The notes under the pieces: model-generated
Seen by the model: the letters and a program-made list of their open reading frames with translations, nothing else
What the model was told of the DNA's origin: nothing
The model's database searches: none
Program-made: the position numbers and the translations under genes
From: the human T2T-CHM13v2.0 reference genome, Homo sapiens
DNA length: 64,000 nt
Assembly (NCBI RefSeq): GCF_009914755.1
Contig: NC_060929.1
Strand: one strand, 5' to 3'
Shown here: positions 57,700 to 64,000 of the stretch, in pieces
Layout: each line of letters opens with the position of its first letter
How positions within the stretch are numbered: the stretch's first letter is position 1

Positions 57700-58110
57700 A
57701 AGCCCATAGCTGTGATGTGTTCAGCCACTCCCATATTTTTTATTGACATTTGTAGGTTGTTTGCAGGTTGTGCGTGTGTCTGTGTGTCTACCAGCAATCT
57801 TGTAGTAAGCATCCTTGCTTCTTTGTACACTGGTGCTCTCATTTCTGTAGGATAAAATCCCTAGAGTGGGATTGTGGGTTCAAGCTAATGTGTCTTTTAA
57901 GCTGAACAGATATTGCCGGCCAGTCTTCGATGGGATTGAGCCACTCCCCTGTCAGTGAGATCCCATGGGGGCGCGTCTCTGCCTCCCTGCTCGCTCAGTC
58001 TGCCGCTGCTCTCTCTGGTCTTTGCTACGCTCACTCCTGCACAGAGTGCCTCACTGTTTTCATTTGCACCTCCTGACCCTAAGGTGTGAGGCTGAGCACT
58101 GTTGCTTTTG
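57700..58110 (-). mobile_element. L1M fragment
   Basis: ATTTCTGTAGGATAAAATCCCTAGAGTGGGATTG...CAGATATTGCC...GTTTTCATTTGCA. Confidence 0.7.
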
Positions 58111-61100
58111 TTTGACAGGCCGCTGAGGCACTGGATGGAGCCTGGGTTGCGGAAAGCTTTCCTGAGGCCAGGCACTCTGAGTATGGATGAGATGGCTTAG
58201 GCTGGAGAAGGGGAGGAGAGCAGTGCAGAACAGCCAGGTGGAAGCTGAGGGGCTCTGAGAGGGCTCAAGCTGGGTTTGAGGGGAGTCCAGAGCGTGCCCA
58301 GAGATTGGGGGAGAGGATGGGCAGTGGCCAGGGGTTGTGCACAGGACAAGGGTGTGGCCTAAGACCTCCACGTAGATGCCTTTAAATGGGACAGCCGGGC
58401 TTATACTAAGGCACTCTCTAGGGTTTCCATTCTAACCCAGCTCGGTCATCATCTGACCATCATCTCAGGAGCGCCCCTGCCCCTCTGGGCCTCGGTTTCC
58501 CTATCTTTAGCTTCAGGGAGCTGGCCCAGTTGATCTCAGTCCTTTCAGTTCTAGCATCTTCTGAGTGGTCAGCAAAAGCCTGCGCTAGCAGCCCCTTCTA
58601 TAAACATTAATTCACGAACAATATTAAAGGCTGTGGGGGTCCCAGGGGGAATCCTGTGGAGAATCAGAGATTCCCAAGCACTCGTTCCCTGACCCTGGGG
58701 CCCACTTCGGGTGGTGAATGTGCGGAACCTTAAAGAGAGGGCTGGTGAGAGCTTGGCCTCTGCGTGACTTGGGCCATGAGGCTGGGGTCAGGGGACTGCT
58801 TGCCACCCCTTCCTCCAGGCCTCTGCGTGGCAGGAATGCCACACGTCCCAGGTGCCCAGGCCAGGATTCTAAAAGGTGTCCTCATCTCTTCCCCTTCCCT
58901 CTGCCCCATTCGACCAAAGGAAAAGGTCCTGCTCACTCCTCCTGTTGAAAGACCAGGAGAAGGTGTCGCGGTAATGGCGGCTGCGTCCTGCCTGGGAGAT
59001 CAGGAGGCCACAGAGTGTGCAGGGGTGGTGACCTCCTTCCAGCAGCAGGTCCAAGGCACAGGGGTCCTACGGGCCAGGTGGGAGGCTGACGTGGGGCACC
59101 CTGCCCAGGGTTTTTTCACATGGGGTCCTGCCGCAGAAGGTGCCTGCCACACAGAGGGGAGCTGGCAGCAGCCAGCCGCCTGAAGACTCCCCCAACCCGC
59201 CCCTCCCCGCACAGCAAGGAGTGCAGAGCCCAGGAAGCTCTGGGCAGTGGCTCCAGGAACCCGTGGGCTGCAGACCGCCTCTCCACGGCAGCCCCAGCCT
59301 GTGAGCGCCCAGCAAGCCACGGAGCACAGTTGAGATGGTGACGAATACTGTGGACTAGAAGTCTAAAGGGGTTGAAAAGCGATGGCATTTGAGATGTAAA
59401 GTGGCTGTGAGACTGTTTATTACTGAAGGGCCAGGCCGGCTGAGGACATGGATGAGGTCAGCAGACTAGACAGGTTAGCTACGGGGCCAAGCGTTCTCCA
59501 GGGGCCTCCAGGCTGGCCCGAGATGCCAGGTCCTCCCAGGGAGGAGGGCTTTCAGCCCCACCCTCGAACCCCTGCCCTGCTTCCTGCCAGCCCAGCACCT
59601 CTTGGCATTTCTCCTCTAATGAGCCCTCGGAACGCTCTCCTTTGCTGACTCAGGCTCTCATGGCGATGGCCTCCTCAGCTGTCCAGATCATTAGTGAAAA
59701 GGTTAATGGATCCCGCTGGGCAAAAAGCCTGGGTATTTTAGGGACCTGCCCTCCTCTGTCCACATCCCCAGGCAGGGTCCCCGCACCCAGCAGAGCACAG
59801 ACTTGGGAGAGGAGGCTGCAGCCCGCAGCAGAGAAAGAGGATGAGGCGGCCCCGGGTGTGTGCAGAGGATGCAAGACTGGCCAGGAACAGCACCGCCAGC
59901 CTCATTCTCAAGGTTGAGGGTGGGACTTGGACTCACGGAATGTCCCAGGCTATGCCTCGTCACCACCTCCAGCCAGGACCTGGGCCTTTCTCTTCTCCAC
60001 GGCCGTTCCCAGGCCTGCCTGCAGCAGCTATCTCCAAGCCACCCTTGTGGCTCTGCAGGAGGTGATCCGCTCCTCTTCTGTGCTCTGGGATCGTGGCTTG
60101 CCTCGGGGAAGACAGGCCTGAGGTTCTTCAGGCCCAACTCTCAGGGACACTGCTGGGAATCCCAAACCAGGCCTTGTCTCCCGCCTCCTCACCCTGGCCA
60201 CACACTCGTCTGCAGAACAGATGGATGAGCTAAGGAGCAGATGTGCCAGGTTCTGCCTGGAGCCACTGGTCCCAGTGGGCCTCTGTTGTACCCCGTGCAC
60301 CTCTCCCCAGGCACAGCCTCGTGCCTCCCCTGGCTGGAGTCAGCGGCTCCTTCCTGTGCCCCTGCTATGCTAGGCCCAGCCCTGTACCTGGCCTGGCCAG
60401 AGATCCAGTGCCACCCCACAGCCATGGGGAGGATATGCAGTGAGGGCACAAGGACAGGGTGATCCTCAACAGCTCCAGCACGCACCCTCCACTTCCCGAC
60501 ATCCACTCGCGGCATATGGGTGAGAGGAGCCCTTGGGAACCTGGATCACATGGAATCCAGCCCTGAGCTCCTGGCATCCTGGGCTCACAGCTCCAGGTGA
60601 CTCTAAGGCTGAGGCTGGAGAGGAAGCCCTCGATGCAGCAAGCCAAAGCCAAAGCGGAGCCGGCCTCCTGCCTCTCACTCCCGCAAGACCAGTGCAGGGG
60701 CCAGCCCCTCCCAAAGCCGCCTTCGCTCTGTCCCCACACACAAAGGACTAGGCTCACAGCTATCTCAGCGCCCATCACCTTCTGTGCAGACCTTGAGGAA
60801 GCCCCTGTGTGCCCCCCAGATGGGGCATGAGGGGTCTCACCCAGATCTCGGCTGCCAGTGCCTGGCACAGCGTCCATACATAACAGGCGTTCAATTATTG
60901 CTCTTCTTCTCCAACTTCTCCTTTGCCGTTCCTGGGCTGGGGGAGGGGCCTTTAACCCCCATCTGCAGGCCCCATCTCATTCTCCCAGGCCTAGGCCCGG
61001 AGCCCAATCCTGTGGCACCCCCAGGTCCCCTCTGATTTCTAGCCCAATCCTATCCATTCAAGAGAAGGAGAGGCCGTAAACCCTGGCAGAGATGTGGGGC

Positions 61101-62330
61101 CCCAACCCCTCTCCAGGGATGTGCACACGAAACCCTGGCATTTGTCCCTCCTCAACTGGGACAGCAGTGCCCGGCCTCAGGAAAAGGGTCCTCTCCAGCG
61201 CTGCTGAGGGAATAGAGATCAGGGACAATTGTCTGGTTACATTTCTTTGGAGTCATCTGGAGTCACACGGCCTTCCCCAGGGGCAAGGAGCACCTGATGT
61301 GTGCCTGCTCTGTTTAGCCTCCCCAGTGTGGAGAAGGAGATGGGAGCTGGCCTCCTATGAGGGTCAAGCTGGAGATCCCCAATTTCACTGCCTTGGAGCT
61401 CCAGGTCTGATGCAGGAAGATCATTGAAAAAAAGCAGCATGGGTTCACCCATCCACTGTGGCGATTATCAGCTTGGCACCAGCTGGACGGGAGAAGAGCT
61501 GGGGGCTTGAACGTGGGGCTCCCAGGTGCTGGCTGCAGATTTTAGAGGTGTGGGGGACAGACCCTAGCTTAACAGTTTCTCTTTTCCCAGTTCTTAGCCC
61601 CCAGCCCCCTTCTCATTTCTTCTATCCATATGCTGGAAGAGGTGGTCTCCTGTCTGCCTCACCCTCAGCACTACCCCCATCCCAGCCCCATTGATATTAT
61701 AGGAAGAAATGGAGAAGGAGCTCAGAGCCCCCTCATAGCGCCTTCCTGCAGTAACCTGCCTTGGGGGACTTTGGGGGCCTCCTCCATCACAGCTGCTGAG
61801 CCCAGAGGCCCCACGGGCCCTGCTTTAAGATGTCATTAAAAAGATGAGTCTAAAAGAAAAACCTATTAAAATTCACAATCCACATGCCCATTTTTCTACC
61901 TCGACCATGTACCCAAGAGAGGGCCTGTACACGAATGTGCCTGCTGTGTTGTGTAGCAGCAAAACCTCGGGAACGATGGACATGGCACAGACAACAGCAC
62001 CACTGAGCAGGCCGGGCCCCCACCGAGAGGGGGTCCCACACGCCACCCGCACACTGGCTCCACTCCCACGCCAGGAAGGAGCGCGAGGTGCAGAGCCACC
62101 TCCAGGTGACCCCATCCACACCCAGCAACGGCAGAGTCCCCCTCTTCCCCAGGGAGCAGCTCCATGCCACTCCCTCGACACAGAGGGCCCTCTGCTCCGG
62201 AGGACATTCGCTCTCTCTGCAGCCACCCTGTCTGGTCATCTCCTCTTGAGGATTCAGACCCCGGACTTCCCAGTGCCTGCTGTGCTGCCTTGGGCTGAGC
62301 ACCCGGGACCTAACAACGATGCCTAGCACT

Positions 62331-62787
62331 TGTGTTCATCAGCTGGGCTCCCAACACAGAGCCACACGACTGTGTGTGTTCATCAGCTGGGCTCCCGTCA
62401 CAGAGCCGCACGACTGTGTGTGTTCATCAGCTGGGCTCCCATCACAGAGCCGCAAGGACTATGGGACTAGAACAGCAGAACCATTGTCTAGCAGTCCTGG
62501 AGGCTGCAAGTCCGAGTTCAAGGTGTTGGCAGAGTTGGTTTCTTGCAAGCCCTCTCTCCTTGGCTTGCAGGTGGCCGCCTTCCCCTAGCTTCCACACATG
62601 GTTGTCCCTGTGTGTCTGTGTCCTAAACTCCTCTTCTTATAAAGACATCAGTCATATTGGATGAGTAACCTCATTTGAATTTAATGACTTCGTAAGTTCC
62701 TATCTCCTAATCTATGCACACTCAGAGCTACTGGTGGTAGGACTTTAACCGCTGAATTGTAGGGGAACACAATTCGCCCCATTACAC
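62331..62787 (-). mobile_element. MLT1B-like LTR with triplicated 44-bp terminus
   Basis: CAGTCCTGGAGGCTGCAAGTCCGAGTTCAAGGTGTTGGCAG...CTCTTCTTATAAAGACATCAGTCATATTGGAT. Confidence 0.78.
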
Positions 62788-62789
62788 TG

Positions 62790-62950
62790 GTCCAGCACTG
62801 ACCACATGTGAGGCAGTATTCTAAATGCTTTAACTCACTCATTTCTCTCAACATCCCTCAGAGGTGGGAACTATTTTAACCATCCTCATGTTACAGATGA
62901 AAAAACTAAGGCTCAGAGCCATGACAACAATTGTCCAAGGTCGCCAGCAC
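62790..62950 (-). mobile_element. MIR
   Basis: TTACAGATGAAAAAACTAAGGCTCAGAG...TTGTCCAAGGTC. Confidence 0.8.
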
Positions 62951-64000
62951 CTACACTGGCTTGTGTGTGCCTCATTGGTGTCCCCAGCTAGAAGCTGTGC
63001 CCCGTGAGGACAGCAGTTGATTGCACCATTCCCAATGCCTGGCACAGAGAGAGTGCTGAGTGAGGGAGTGGTGGCCAGAGAGGAGCTGCCCTCCAAGGAC
63101 TGTAGCCCCGCAGAGGCCTCCCTTTCAATGCTCAGCTCAGAGCTGAGCTCTCTGGCCCCCTGGCAACCAGCCCCTGCTCCCCAGGCCCCAGGCCTGCCCA
63201 GACACAGGAGCCGCAGGGCCACACAGATGGCACAGCCCTTTGGTAAAAATCAATGCCATTGCCAGTGAGCAGCTGGGCCAAGCTTCCCAGAGTGCTACGG
63301 TATCCCAGCAACAACACGCACATCCCCTTGTCTGCAAGCTCCTGAGAAGATACTGCTCCCAGACACCACAGCCCAGCTAGTCCCAGCTTGACTCAGGAGC
63401 CACTGAACCTGCAGCCTCCACCCAGGCTGGTATGGGCTGGGCAGGCCTCCTGGGCCAGAGACAGACCCCTGTGGGGGAGGCTGAGAATGGGATCCAGGTT
63501 AAAGACCCCACCCACCACCACAGGCCCCCAGGTCTGCTGCCCTCCTAGTTAATCCTCTTAGATCAGGGAAAACTGCAGGGAGCCTGTCTGCCATGTGAGC
63601 AGTTATGATTTGACAGGAGTCTGTAAGCAGATGCATGTGCAGGATCCTTCATGGAGATGCCAAGTAGTTGAACCAGGAAAGCATCATCCTCATTCACCTA
63701 GATCAGCTACAGAAGTGGGCACTGAACCCAGACCTGGGCAAGAGCCCAGTGTATCCGCTCCCTGTGTCATCAGCTTGTGTGGTCAGGGTGCCCAATTCCA
63801 GAGCCAGGGATCCTGGCGGGCTGTGAGAACTTCCTTGAGCCCCTTGCCAGTGTGGGGCTGCCAGCCCTGGGCCCCGGGGAAGGGGAGCAGGAGGCCGGAG
63901 CCCAGCTCCAGACTCCCGGAGACCGCACAGCTCCAGCCCTTCCCGAGGCTCTGGGCTCACGTATGTTCAGGTCCCCTATTTCAGTTTCCTTGGCCTTGTT

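Overview
Human (primate) genomic DNA, GC- and Alu-rich, holding the 5' end of ADAMTS2 (procollagen N-proteinase, chr5q35) on the minus strand. Coding exon 1 is 36722-36581 and exon 2 is 35552-35158, both inside a CpG island. Positions 1-35157 are part of the long intron 2 and 37.3-64 kb is upstream flank. The rest is interspersed repeats (Alu J/S/Y/Yb8, MaLR and ERV1 LTRs, L1M, L2, MIR, hAT elements) and tandem repeats; subfamily names are by-eye recognition, not RepeatMasker output. Nearly all ORFs in the track are spurious, and I found no prokaryote-style novel system. Best leads: (1) an out-of-frame uATG opening a 189-aa spliced ORF overlapping ADAMTS2 exons 1-2; (2) a duplicated exon-2 acceptor 159 nt upstream that is in frame and stop-free; (3) a 145-bp templated insertion with microhomology junctions; (4) a 9-Leu signal-peptide allele; (5) a young AluYb8; (6) a probable two-LTR MLT1 relic with nested insertions; (7) an Alu monomer inserted in a hairpin; (8) a 23-bp repeat array rich in nuclear-receptor-like half-sites.
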